Shown here: in pieces, positions 1 through 11,163 of the stretch
Layout: the number at the start of each line of letters is the position of its first letter
Position numbering within the stretch: the first letter of the stretch is position 1
Assembly (NCBI GenBank): GCA_013152275.1
Contig: JAADGS010000070.1
Coordinates: forward strand, 56,623 to 76,622
Length of the DNA stretch: 20,000 nt
DNA from: Actinomycetota bacterium
Lineage (GTDB): Bacteria > Actinomycetota > Acidimicrobiia > Spongiisociales > UBA4744
Reading direction: 5' to 3'
Notes under the pieces: generated by a model
Seen by the model: only the letters and a program-made list of their open reading frames with translations
Database searches by the model: none
What the model was told of the DNA's origin: nothing
Position numbers and translations under genes: made by a program

Positions 1-913
1 CCGGCAGCTCGGGAAGTCCGGCCCGAATACGTTCGCGCCACTCGTCGGAGACCACGATCGGCACGAGGTCCGGTTCCATGAAGTAGCGGTAGTCCGAACT
101 CTCCTCTTTGGACCGCATGCTGTGCGTCACACCCGCGGCCTCGTCCCAGTGCCGGGTCTCCTGGCTGACCGGCGTTCCGGCGTCGAGGAGCCGCCTTTGC
201 CGTTCGATCTCAAACGTCAACGCGCGCTCCAGCGAGCGAAACGAGTTCATGTTCTTGATCTCCACTTTGACACCAAGCGCTTCGGAGCCTTGCGGACGCA
301 GCGAGATGTTGGCGTCAAACCTCATGCTGCCCTCCTCCAGCCTCGCATCCGAGACGTCGAGCGTCGCCACGATCTCCCGCAGCTCCTGAACGTAGGCGCG
401 AGCCTGTGCGGGGCTTCGAAGGTCCGGCTCCGAGACGACCTCGACGAGCGGTACACCGGCACGGTTGAAGTCCAACAGGGTGTAGTCGGCGCTCTGAATC
501 CGGCCGTCGCCGCCGACATGTGTCGACTTCCCGGTGTCCTCTTCCATGTGCACCCTGGTCACCCCGATCCGCGCGAGCTCCCCTTCCGCGATGACGTCGA
601 GGTGACCATCTGAACAGATGGGAATGTCGAACTGTGAGATCTGGTAGTTCTTCGGCATGTCCGCGTAGAAGTAGTTCTTGCGGTGAAAGACCGACCACGG
701 AGCGATCGTCGAATCCAACGCCAGGCCGATGGCGACGATCCACTCGATGGCCTGCTCGTTGGGCACCGGCAGCGCACCTGGCAGTCCAAGACACACCGGA
801 CAGGTGTGCGTGTTCGGCTCGGCACCGAACTCGGCCGAACATCCGCAGAACATCTTCGACCGTGTCTTCAATTCGACGTGTGTCTCGATCCCGATGACCG
901 CCTCGTAGCTCAT
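1..913 (-). CDS. gatB: Asp/Glu-tRNA amidotransferase subunit B (partial, runs off left edge)
   Basis: Absent from the ORF track; translated by hand from ATG at 913: MSYEAVIGIETHVELKTRSKMFCGCSAEFGAEPNTHTCPVCLGLPGALPVPN, the classic GatB N-terminus. ATGA overlap with the gatA stop. Confidence 0.97.
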   Translation of the reverse strand, partial: MSYEAVIGIETHVELKTRSKMFCGCSAEFGAEPNTHTCPVCLGLPGALPVPNEQAIEWIVAIGLALDSTIAPWSVFHRKNYFYADMPKNYQISQFDIPICSDGHLDVIAEGELARIGVTRVHMEEDTGKSTHVGGDGRIQSADYTLLDFNRAGVPLVEVVSEPDLRSPAQARAYVQELREIVATLDVSDARLEEGSMRFDANISLRPQGSEALGVKVEIKNMNSFRSLERALTFEIERQRRLLDAGTPVSQETRHWDEAAGVTHSMRSKEESSDYRYFMEPDLVPIVVSDEWRERIRAGLPELP

Positions 914-2379
914 GGCGCCACCTTTCGAGACGGCAACCGCCGAAACTCCGCCAGACGCTCGACCTCGGCCGCAACCCTGAACAGCATGCGTTCCCCGAGT
1001 GCCTGCGCCATCACCTGGAAGCCGATGGGGAGTCCCTTCGCATCCACGCCCACGGGGACGCTGATCGAGGGATCTCCGGCAAGGTTCGAAGGGATCGTGC
1101 AGATGTCGCTCATGTACATCGACAGGGGATCCTGCGTCCGAGCGCCCAACGCGAATGCCGTGGTCGGACTCGTCGGTGAGACGAGCGCGTCGACGTTCGC
1201 GTACGCCTCCGTGAAGTCCGCGATCACGAGCGTGCGGACACGCTGTGCCTGTCCGTAGAACGCGTCGTAGTAGCCGGCAGAGAGCGCGTACGTGCCCAGC
1301 AGCACGCGACGGGTCACTTCCGGACCGAACCCGGCGTGTCGGGTGCGGGCCATCATCTCTTCGACAGTCCCCCCGTCGACCCGGTTGCCGTAGCGAACCC
1401 CGTCGAATCGTGCCAGGTTCGCCGAGCACTCGGCCGGAGCGATCAGGTAGTACGTCGACAGGGCGTACTCGGTCGACGGCAGTGAGACCTCGACGATGTC
1501 GGCGCCGGCGTCCGAGAGCCTGTCGACCTGTCTGGTGAATGCGTCGAGGACGTCCGGTTCGATTCCCTCACCGGAGAGCTCCCGGACCACCCCGATCCGA
1601 ATGCCGGAGACACCCTCGTCGAGACCGGAGCGAAACTCGGGAGCCTCTCCCCGGTACGACGTCGCGTCCATGGGATCGTGTCCGATGATGGTCTCGAGGA
1701 CGGAGACGGAGTCCTCCACCGTGCGGGTGATCGGACCGATCTGGTCCAGGGAGGACGCGAAGGCGATCAGCCCATAGCGGGATACGAGGCCGTAGGTCGG
1801 CTTCATGCCGACGACACCGCACAGCGACGCAGGCTGGCGGATCGAACCTCCGGTGTCGGAACCGAGGGCCGCGAGCGCGGATCCTGCCGCGACGGTGACC
1901 GCCGATCCTCCCGAGGAGCCGCCGGGGACCCGATCGGTATCCCACGGGTTCCGACTGGGTCCGTACGCCGAGTTCTCCGTGGAAGACCCCATCGCGAATT
2001 CGTCCAGGTTCGTCTTGCCGACGAGAACGGCTCCGCCGGCGCGAAGCCCTTTCACGACCGTCGCGTCGTAGGGCGGGGTGTAACCGGCGAGGACCTGCGA
2101 GCCTGCGGTCGTTTCGACACCTCTTGTGACCATGTTGTCCTTGACGGCGACAGGGATGCCTTGGAGCGGTCCGAGATCCTCGCCCCTGCCGAAGGACTCG
2201 TCGGCCGCGACCGCGGCGGCGCGGGCGCCTTCCTGGTCCAGCGTCAGGTACGCGTGCAACTCGGCCTCTGTCCGGGCGGCCTGCTCCTTCACGGCTTCGA
2301 GGAGTTCGACCGCGGAGGTTTCTCCGGAACGCAGCAGTTCGGCTGCCTGCCGGACGGTGAGATCCGTCAGGTCGGTCAT
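910..2379 (-). CDS. gatA: Asp/Glu-tRNA amidotransferase subunit A
   Basis: 489 aa; amidase signature GKTNLDEFAMGSSTENS, GGSSGGS, GSDTGGSIRQPA; NLARFDGVRYG; lies between gatC and gatB. Confidence 0.98.
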   Translation of the reverse strand: MTDLTDLTVRQAAELLRSGETSAVELLEAVKEQAARTEAELHAYLTLDQEGARAAAVAADESFGRGEDLGPLQGIPVAVKDNMVTRGVETTAGSQVLAGYTPPYDATVVKGLRAGGAVLVGKTNLDEFAMGSSTENSAYGPSRNPWDTDRVPGGSSGGSAVTVAAGSALAALGSDTGGSIRQPASLCGVVGMKPTYGLVSRYGLIAFASSLDQIGPITRTVEDSVSVLETIIGHDPMDATSYRGEAPEFRSGLDEGVSGIRIGVVRELSGEGIEPDVLDAFTRQVDRLSDAGADIVEVSLPSTEYALSTYYLIAPAECSANLARFDGVRYGNRVDGGTVEEMMARTRHAGFGPEVTRRVLLGTYALSAGYYDAFYGQAQRVRTLVIADFTEAYANVDALVSPTSPTTAFALGARTQDPLSMYMSDICTIPSNLAGDPSISVPVGVDAKGLPIGFQVMAQALGERMLFRVAAEVERLAEFRRLPSRKVAP

Positions 2380-2666
2380 CAGGTCTCCATCGCGGGCGGC
2401 ACCCGGAAGTACCCGTCCTCGGTTGCCGGAGCCTGATCGAGGATGACGGAGCGCTCGAGGGAAGGCCGTACATCGTCCGGACGGAACGCGTTGACCATCG
2501 AAAGCGGATGGGAGGTCGGCCGAACGCCATCGGTCGGAAGCTGCTGCACCCTCGCCGCGTGGTCGAGAATCACTCCGAGTTGATCCCGGTACCGGTCCAG
2601 TTCCTCATCGGACAGATCGATACGGGCGAGCCGCGCCACATAGGCGATGTCGATGTTGATGGGCAT
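2379..2666 (-). CDS. gatC: Asp/Glu-tRNA amidotransferase subunit C
   Basis: 95 aa; IAYVARLARI...PTSHP...NAFRPD...QAPATEDGYFRVP; stop overlaps the gatA start (TGATG). Confidence 0.97.
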   Translation of the reverse strand: MPINIDIAYVARLARIDLSDEELDRYRDQLGVILDHAARVQQLPTDGVRPTSHPLSMVNAFRPDDVRPSLERSVILDQAPATEDGYFRVPPAMET

Positions 2667-2672
2667 GCGCCG

Positions 2673-2678
2673 ATGTTA
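2673..2678 (-). promoter_or_regulatory. Putative -10 element (TAACAT) for a leaderless gatCAB transcript
   Basis: TANNNT hexamer 6 nt before the gatC ATG; no Shine-Dalgarno sequence. Confidence 0.6.
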
Positions 2679-2715
2679 GGCGGCAAACGAGGCACAAACC
2701 GCATCGGTTGCCGCC
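2679..2715 (-). terminator. Hairpin downstream of arsC
   Basis: GGCGGCAA (2679-2686) is the reverse complement of TTGCCGCC (2708-2715), with further inner pairs. No U-tract. Confidence 0.45.
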
Positions 2716-2723
2716 CGCTTCCT

Positions 2724-3296
2724 TCAGGACCCGGAGCCCAACATCTCTTCCAGAAGTGCCTCGACTCTGCGCCCGATCTCGTCACGTACCGCCCTGACGG
2801 CCTCGATGGGCTGCCCGTGAGGATCGGGAAGCTCCCAGTCGATGTATCGCTTCCCCGGGAAGTAGGGACAGGCATCTCCGCACCCCATCGTCACGACGAC
2901 ATCCGACGCCTCGACGATGTCGTCGGTGAACGGCTTCGGAAACGCCTCGGACATGTCGATGCCGATCTCGGCCATCGCCTCGACGGCCTGCGGATTGACT
3001 TCACGGCCCGGATTCGACCCACCGGCGAACACGATCAACCGGTCCCCCGCAAGGTGCCGGGCCCACGCCGCCGACATCTGGCTGCGACCTGCATTGTGAA
3101 CACAGACGAAGATCACCGCAGGTGTCTTCGATCCCTTGCCGAGGATGGAACGGGCAACGAGGCGATCTCGCACGAACTGTTCGAGATTCCCTTCGTCGTG
3201 GTCGCCGACTCCCGCCAGCACCAACCGCGTCTCTTCGATCAGGCCGGCGACATCTGCCGGATCGACAGTGAATTCCTCCGACAACCGACGCTGCAA
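2724..3296 (-). CDS. arsC: LMW-PTPase-fold arsenate reductase with ~55-aa N-terminal helical extension
   Basis: P-loop CVHNAGRSQM, resolving pair TMGCGDACP, DWELPDP; TTG start preceded by GGGAGG. Confidence 0.85.
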   Translation of the reverse strand: MQRRLSEEFTVDPADVAGLIEETRLVLAGVGDHDEGNLEQFVRDRLVARSILGKGSKTPAVIFVCVHNAGRSQMSAAWARHLAGDRLIVFAGGSNPGREVNPQAVEAMAEIGIDMSEAFPKPFTDDIVEASDVVVTMGCGDACPYFPGKRYIDWELPDPHGQPIEAVRAVRDEIGRRVEALLEEMLGSGS

Positions 3297-3383
3297 CGAT
3301 ACCTCCCGCTCGCAACCCCTACGGTAACGGATCTTCTTCGAAGCCCACTAACGTGAGCATCCGCAACATCGTGGGGCCGGACC

Positions 3384-4739
3384 GTGAACATACTGATCGC
3401 AGCAGCCGAATATGCGCCGCTGGCTCGTACGGGGGGCCTCGGAGAGGCGGTTGCCGGCCTTGCCGGTGCACTGCGACGTCTCGACGTCGATGTCACCGTC
3501 GTCATTCCTCGCTATCGACATCTGGCGGATGCAGGGATACCCGTGACTGAGCCGGTGCCTGCACGCCGTATCGATGTCGACGGGATCGGCGTCTTGGCAC
3601 TCGAAGATCCCGAGGCATTCGATCGAGATGGCATCTACGGCCCGACGCCGGGGACTGCATACGAGGACGAATGGTGGCGTTGGGGTCGGTTCGCGAAACT
3701 GGTCGGAGGACTCGCGGGCAGTTTTGATCTTCTGCATGTCAACGACGGCCAACCGGCCCCGGCGGTCCTCCTCACCGATACCCCGTCCGTCCTGACCGTG
3801 CACAATGCCTCGTATCCGCTGCTCGGTCCCCTGAAGGAATCTGCCGACATCCTCGGCGTCCATCCCCGCCACCGCCGTCTGGGCGGATCGCTCGAGTGGT
3901 ACGGGCAGGCGAACTACCTCAAGGCCGGCCTCGTCGGCGCGAGCAGGGTCATCACCGTCAGCCCTTCTTTCGCAGCCCAGATCATGTCCGACCTCGAGGT
4001 GACCGCAGGTCTGAGCGAGGTGATCCGCTGGCTCGATCATCCGGTGCAAGGGATCCTCAACGGAATCGATGTCTCCCACTGGATCCCGTCCAACGATGCC
4101 GCCCTGCCGGCACCGTTCACCGCCAGGAGGTTGCGTGGACGGGATGAGGCGAAGTCGGCACTCCTGTCCGTGGCAGGTCTCGAAGAGGGTTTCCTGCTTG
4201 GCAATGTCGGCCGGATGACCGAGCAGAAGGGACTGGATCTCCTCGACGACCATCTCGATCGTCTCGTCGATGAGGGGTTCCGACTGATCCTCGTGGGAAA
4301 CGGAGACCTCGACGAGATGGTGGACGGATGGGCGGCCAGGCATCCGACGGCGGTCTGGCACGGCCCATACGACGAGTCGCTCTCCCGGCTCGTCTTCGCC
4401 GGCTCCGATGCCTATGTCATGCCATCGCGTTTCGAACCGTGCGGCCTCGGACAGATGTACGCGATGCGGTACGGCAGCCTTCCGATCGCCCGGCTGACGG
4501 GAGGTCTGGCCGACACGGTCATCGACGTCGACGAGCTGCCGGACGAGGCGACCGGTTTCGGTTTTCGTTTGTTCGACGCGCGGGAGCTGACCAAGACGAT
4601 TCGACGCGCCCGCCGCATCCATGATCACCGGCGCGGCATCTGGCGGACCATGCAGCGCAGGGGCATGCAGCGGGACTGGTCGTGGGACCGTGCCGCGGGG
4701 GAGTACATGGACGTGTACCGGGCCGTCCTCGATCACTGA
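3384..4739 (+). CDS. glgA: Glycogen/starch synthase (GT5)
   Basis: EYAPLARTGGLG, KAGLVGASRVITVSPSFA, GILNGID, GRMTEQKG, MPSRFEPCGLGQMYAMRYG, TGGLADTV. Confidence 0.9.
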   Translation: MNILIAAAEYAPLARTGGLGEAVAGLAGALRRLDVDVTVVIPRYRHLADAGIPVTEPVPARRIDVDGIGVLALEDPEAFDRDGIYGPTPGTAYEDEWWRWGRFAKLVGGLAGSFDLLHVNDGQPAPAVLLTDTPSVLTVHNASYPLLGPLKESADILGVHPRHRRLGGSLEWYGQANYLKAGLVGASRVITVSPSFAAQIMSDLEVTAGLSEVIRWLDHPVQGILNGIDVSHWIPSNDAALPAPFTARRLRGRDEAKSALLSVAGLEEGFLLGNVGRMTEQKGLDLLDDHLDRLVDEGFRLILVGNGDLDEMVDGWAARHPTAVWHGPYDESLSRLVFAGSDAYVMPSRFEPCGLGQMYAMRYGSLPIARLTGGLADTVIDVDELPDEATGFGFRLFDARELTKTIRRARRIHDHRRGIWRTMQRRGMQRDWSWDRAAGEYMDVYRAVLDH

Positions 4740-4806
4740 ACATTGCCCCCTTCCCGAAGCGACGGACTTGGGTGACAATGGCATCGTGTCGACGCAGGAG
4801 GAAGAG

Positions 4807-5016
4807 ATGGCCGTGTACAAGGTGATCGAGCTCGTCGGGACGAGCCCAACGTCGTGGGAGGAGGCAGCGACCAGTGCAGTCGCCGCAGCATCGAATTCGC
4901 TGCAGGACCTGCGCGTCGCGGAGATCGCCGACCTCGATCTGCAGCTTGGCGAGCAAGGTCAGGTGGTCGCCTACCGGGCCAAGGTCAAGGTCTCGTTCAA
5001 GTACCACACCACCTAA
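4807..5016 (+). CDS. Dodecin family protein
   Basis: 69 aa MAVYKVIELVGTSPTSWEEAA...LRVAEI...YRAKVKVSFKY; AGGAGG ribosome-binding site before ATG 4807. The ORF-track start at 4621 overlaps glgA. Confidence 0.9.
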   Translation: MAVYKVIELVGTSPTSWEEAATSAVAAASNSLQDLRVAEIADLDLQLGEQGQVVAYRAKVKVSFKYHTT

Positions 5017-5017
5017 C

Positions 5018-5070
5018 CCGTTCTCGTGACGGTTGAGCCGGATTATTCCCGTGAAGCGTCACGAGAACGG
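5018..5070. terminator. Perfect 14-bp inverted repeat between convergent dodecin and dapE
   Basis: CCGTTCTCGTGACG (5018-5031) and CGTCACGAGAACGG (5057-5070), 25-nt loop; the right arm contains the dapE stop codon. Confidence 0.6.
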
Positions 5071-6126
5071 CTCTTCGCTGATGAGAAAGCGTCGCAGCGC
5101 ATCGAACGCGCTCTGAAGGTTGTCGATGGGAACGCTCTCGTCGACCTGGTGGGCACGCGAGGTCTCACCGGGGCCGTAGTTGGCACCGGGTACGCCCCTT
5201 CCGGCGAGCCGGGCCACATCGGTCCACGCCTGTTTCGGCCGTACGACGGCGCCGGTCGCGTCGATCAGCGCCCGCAGATATGGGCTCCCCTCCGGTATCG
5301 GCGCGCCAGGTGCACGATCGACGATCTCGATGCTGTCTGCGTCGGACGCGATCTCTCGGAGTCTGGCCTCGGCATCATCGAGTGAGCGGTTCGGAGCGAA
5401 CCGATAGTTGAGATTGATCTCGACGGCCGCCGGAACGATGTTGCGGGCGACCCCACCCCGGATCATGGTCACGGTGGCGACCTCACGAAACTCCAGACCC
5501 GCGACATCGACGACTTCGGGCTCACGCTCATGCAGCGCGGCCAGCCACCGTCCGGCCTTGGTGATTGCATTCTCTCCGGTCCATGGCCGAGCGGAATGTG
5601 CAGCCACACCCTCGAAACATACGGTCGCGTTGATCGCCCCGACACACCCCAACTGGAGCTCGAGATCGGTGGGTTCCAACACGATCGCAAACACCGCATC
5701 GGAAAGCCATTCTGCATACTCGAGAACCGGTTCGAGCCCGTTCTCGTCCGCAGAGCCTTCCTCCTTGTCGTAGAAAACTCCGATGACGTCGTACGGGCCG
5801 ATCACAACGTCGGCATCGAGAAGCAGGTGCATCATGACCGCGAGCCCCGCCTTCATGTCGGAAGCGCCCAAGCCGACCACCCGCCCATCGGCCACGTGCG
5901 CAAGCCCCTGGCCCTGGGAGGGAACCGTGTCCAGATGACCGAGCAGCAGCACGAGGGGTCGTCCGGTCCGCTTGCCGACGAGGACGCTGTTCCCGATGCG
6001 TGTAACCGCCGTTCTGCCCCAGATCGGCAGAAACCGCTCGGTGATGTGGGTGGCCAGCCGACCTTCGCCGCCGGTCTCCGACGGAATGTCGATGATCTCG
6101 ATGAGGGTGCGAACGAGCTCGTTCAT
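5059..6126 (-). CDS. dapE: Succinyl-diaminopimelate desuccinylase (M20 family, actinobacterial type)
   Basis: GHLDTVP, GASDMKAG, FYDKEEG, LEPT, AHSARPWTGENAI, WTDVAR, NYGPG..AH; translationally coupled to dapD. Confidence 0.92.
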   Translation of the reverse strand: MNELVRTLIEIIDIPSETGGEGRLATHITERFLPIWGRTAVTRIGNSVLVGKRTGRPLVLLLGHLDTVPSQGQGLAHVADGRVVGLGASDMKAGLAVMMHLLLDADVVIGPYDVIGVFYDKEEGSADENGLEPVLEYAEWLSDAVFAIVLEPTDLELQLGCVGAINATVCFEGVAAHSARPWTGENAITKAGRWLAALHEREPEVVDVAGLEFREVATVTMIRGGVARNIVPAAVEINLNYRFAPNRSLDDAEARLREIASDADSIEIVDRAPGAPIPEGSPYLRALIDATGAVVRPKQAWTDVARLAGRGVPGANYGPGETSRAHQVDESVPIDNLQSAFDALRRFLISEEPFS

Positions 6127-6929
6127 ATCTGGACCTCGAAGGTTCGCAACGCGTCGTTGAGCGAGGTCTTGTCATCGGTCGACGCGGACCGCCTCCCGAT
6201 GATGAGGGCGGCGGGAAGCTGATAGGTGCCGGCAGGGAAGTCCTTCGCCCGTGTCCCGGGGATGACCACGGAGCGTTCGGGGACACGCGCACGGTATTCG
6301 ATCGGTTCGGGTCCCGTCACGTCGATGATCGGGATGCTCGAGCTGAGCACGACGTTGGCGCCGAGCACCGCACCCTGCTCGACGAGCACGCCCTCGACGA
6401 GGATGCAGCGGCTGCCGACAAATGCTCCGTCCTCCACGATGACCGGGCGAGCGCCCGGCGGCTCCAGAACGCCGCCGATTCCGACCCCGCCGGAGATGTG
6501 CACGTCCCGACCGACCTGGGCGCAGGACCCGACCGTCGCCCAGGTGTCGATCATCGTCCCGGAGCCCACGTATGCACCGATGTTCACGTAGCCGGGCATG
6601 ACGACCACGCCCGGCTCACAGAAAGCACCGTACCGAACCGTCCCCGGCGGGACCACCCGCACCCCGGCGTCCGCAAGGTTGCGCTTCGTGGGGATCTTGT
6701 CGTGGTACTCGAATGGCCCGGCAGTCATCGTCCTGACCGCCTGGAGCCGGAAAAAGAGCATGATGGCTTCCTTCACCCAACGGTTCACCGTCCAGACACC
6801 GTCGATCTTCTCCGCGACACGCAGCACCCCCTCATCCAGGGCTGCGACGGTTCTGTCCACCGCATCACGGGCCCCCTCGAGTAGCGAGAGGTCCTCGTAT
6901 GCGGCCTCGATCAGTTCCCGGTCAGACAT
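6123..6929 (-). CDS. dapD: Tetrahydrodipicolinate N-succinyltransferase
   Basis: LDEGVLRVAEK..W.VN.WVKEAI, DKIP, RVVPPG.VR.GA, MPGYVNIGAYV..GTMIDTWATVGSCAQVG..VHISGGVGIGGVLEP; ATG 6929 preceded by GGAGG. Confidence 0.95.
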   Translation of the reverse strand: MSDRELIEAAYEDLSLLEGARDAVDRTVAALDEGVLRVAEKIDGVWTVNRWVKEAIMLFFRLQAVRTMTAGPFEYHDKIPTKRNLADAGVRVVPPGTVRYGAFCEPGVVVMPGYVNIGAYVGSGTMIDTWATVGSCAQVGRDVHISGGVGIGGVLEPPGARPVIVEDGAFVGSRCILVEGVLVEQGAVLGANVVLSSSIPIIDVTGPEPIEYRARVPERSVVIPGTRAKDFPAGTYQLPAALIIGRRSASTDDKTSLNDALRTFEVQI

Positions 6930-8056
6930 GAACGCAGCACCTCCACCGCTCTTTCGCACTCTTGCACCGTCGGAACGAGTGCAAGACGAATGTAGCCCTC
7001 ACCACCGGCCCCGAACACGCTTCCCGGCGAAACGACGACTCCGTAATCGAGCAGCCGCTTCGCCACGGCCGTGTCGTCACCGACGTTGACCCACAGATAC
7101 AGAGCGCCCTCGGAGGCGGCGACCGTGTACCCGAGATCCTCGAAGGCCTTCCTCAACACCGCTCGCTTCCGACCGAACACCGCCCTGCGCACCGCAACGT
7201 GTGCATCGTCGGACCATGCGGCTACTGCCGCGGCCTGAACGAATTCCGGCGCCGCGGTACCGGTCGACGAGCGAAGTTCGCGAAGCAGGGCGATCGCATC
7301 GGCATCTCCGACGATCGCCGCACTCCGGTAGCCGGTCATCCCCGACCGTTTGGAGAGGCTCAGGTACACCAGAAGTCCCGTGAGGTCCTCATCCGCGACC
7401 TGCAGCATCGAAGGCGGTGGTTCGGATTCGTAGATATCGGCATAGCACTCGTCCGAGCAGACAAGGGTGTCGGTCGCCCTGGCCCTGTCGTGGATCGCGG
7501 CCAGTTCGTCGGAGGTCGCGACGGCACCGGTCGGGTTGTGCGGATAGTTGACCCACAGCATCGATGCCTTGATCCACGCGTCTTCATCGATCTGGTCTGG
7601 TCCGAGTACGAAGCTCGCGTCGAGCTGGACCGGCAGGGGAACGGCTCCTGCGAGGAGCGCGCCGCGTGCATACACCGGGTACGCGGGAGTCGGCCAGATG
7701 ACCCCGTCGCCGGCGTCCCGGTTCACGAAGGCGAGTGCCGTCGAGAAGATCGCCTCTTTCGAACCGGCCGTGGCGAGCACCTGTGTCGCCGGGTTCACGG
7801 CGACACCGAAACGCCGATGCACATACGCCGCCACCGCCGTTCTCAGCTCCGGTGTGCCTGCCGTCGTCGGGTATTGGGAAACCTCGGGAACGGCCGCTTT
7901 CAGCGCCTCCGGGATGAACGGTGGCGTCGGCTCCCGCGGGTCTCCGAGCGAGAAGTCGGTCAGGGTCTCCCCTGCGGCGCGCATCGCCCTGGCCTTCTCC
8001 TGTAGCGGTGCCATCGGGTAGGTGCCGAGCGAGGTGAGTACGGGATTGACATGCAT
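6911..8056 (-). CDS. dapC: PLP class I/II aminotransferase, likely N-succinyl-diaminopimelate aminotransferase
   Basis: FSLGDPREPTP, YPTTAG, GSKEAIF, NYPHNPTG, SDECY, SLSKRSGMTGYR (PLP lysine); directly upstream of dapD-dapE. Start placed at ATG 8056. Confidence 0.85.
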   Translation of the reverse strand: MHVNPVLTSLGTYPMAPLQEKARAMRAAGETLTDFSLGDPREPTPPFIPEALKAAVPEVSQYPTTAGTPELRTAVAAYVHRRFGVAVNPATQVLATAGSKEAIFSTALAFVNRDAGDGVIWPTPAYPVYARGALLAGAVPLPVQLDASFVLGPDQIDEDAWIKASMLWVNYPHNPTGAVATSDELAAIHDRARATDTLVCSDECYADIYESEPPPSMLQVADEDLTGLLVYLSLSKRSGMTGYRSAAIVGDADAIALLRELRSSTGTAAPEFVQAAAVAAWSDDAHVAVRRAVFGRKRAVLRKAFEDLGYTVAASEGALYLWVNVGDDTAVAKRLLDYGVVVSPGSVFGAGGEGYIRLALVPTVQECERAVEVLRSCLTGN

Positions 8057-8062
8057 ACCGGA

Positions 8063-8068
8063 ACGGTA
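8063..8068 (-). promoter_or_regulatory. Putative -10 element (TACCGT) for leaderless dapC
   Basis: TANNNT 6 nt before ATG 8056; no Shine-Dalgarno sequence. Confidence 0.55.
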
Positions 8069-8070
8069 GT

Positions 8071-10104
<2,034 letters not shown>

Positions 10105-11163
10105 TCATTCTCGCAGCGTTTCCGTGATCGTCCCTCCTCCCAGCACCTGCTCGCCTTCGTAGAGGACCGCCGTCTGTCCAGAAGCGACGTCGTCCTGAGG
10201 AACGGAGAAGTGCACCGTGCGCGCATCGTCATCGAGAACGGCCGGAAGGGGCTCCCCGTGGGCGCGAATCTGCACGTGTGTCGGCCCGGGCGCCGGTGGG
10301 TGGCCGGCCACCCACGACGGATGCGCCATCCGCAACCCGGCAAACCGTACGGCCCCCCGGCGACCGATGACGACGGTCGCCGAGGAGGGCCGGATCTCGT
10401 GCACGTATCTCGGCTCGCCGAACGCGACTCCGAGGCCCTTGCGCTGACCGATCGTAAAGTCCACCACCCCGTCATGGCCGCCTACGACGGAGCCGTCCTC
10501 ATCGAGAATCGGTCCCGGACGGGCGGCGGCAGGCACTTCACGGCGGAGAAACGCCCGATAGTCGTCGTCGACGAAGCAGATGTCCTGACTGTCGGGCTTC
10601 TCGGCGGTTCGGAGTCCGAGGCCCGCAGCGATCCCACGAACCGCCTCCTTCCGGCGACCTCCGACAGGGAAGCGAAGCATCCGCAGTTGCTCCTGCCCGA
10701 GCATGGAGAGCACGTAGGACTGGTCCTTGTCCCGATCGATGCCGCGCAAGAGTCGAAACCCGTCGACCTCATGCAGGATGCGCGCGTAGTGGCCGGTGAC
10801 GACGAGGTCACAGTCGAGATCACGCGCCCATCGCAGCAGATGATCGAACTTGACGATCCGGTTGCATTCGATACACGGGTTGGGGGTTCGTCCCTGCAGG
10901 TAGTCGGCGATGAACGGATCGACGATTCCTGCACGGAACTCCTCGGTGGCGTCGAGAACGTAGTAGGCGATGCCGATCCTGGCGGCGACCCTGCGCGCAT
11001 CCTCGGAGTCCGAGAGCGTGCAGCATCCCCGGGAAGGCAGCCTGCCGTCGGGGCCCTCCCAGAGCTTGAGGGTCGCCCCGATCACGTCATGTCCCTCCTC
11101 GACCATGAGCGCCGCGGCGACGGAGGAGTCGACACCTCCGCTCATCGCGGCGAGCACTCTCAC
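10105..11163 (-). CDS. mnmA: tRNA U34 2-thiouridylase
   Basis: VLAAMSGGVDSS PP-loop, TPNPCIECN, TGHYAR, KDQSY.L, KPDSQDICF, FTIGQRKGLG, GQTAVLY. GTG start at 11163 overlaps the iscS stop (GTGA). Confidence 0.96.
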   Translation of the reverse strand: MRVLAAMSGGVDSSVAAALMVEEGHDVIGATLKLWEGPDGRLPSRGCCTLSDSEDARRVAARIGIAYYVLDATEEFRAGIVDPFIADYLQGRTPNPCIECNRIVKFDHLLRWARDLDCDLVVTGHYARILHEVDGFRLLRGIDRDKDQSYVLSMLGQEQLRMLRFPVGGRRKEAVRGIAAGLGLRTAEKPDSQDICFVDDDYRAFLRREVPAAARPGPILDEDGSVVGGHDGVVDFTIGQRKGLGVAFGEPRYVHEIRPSSATVVIGRRGAVRFAGLRMAHPSWVAGHPPAPGPTHVQIRAHGEPLPAVLDDDARTVHFSVPQDDVASGQTAVLYEGEQVLGGGTITETLRE

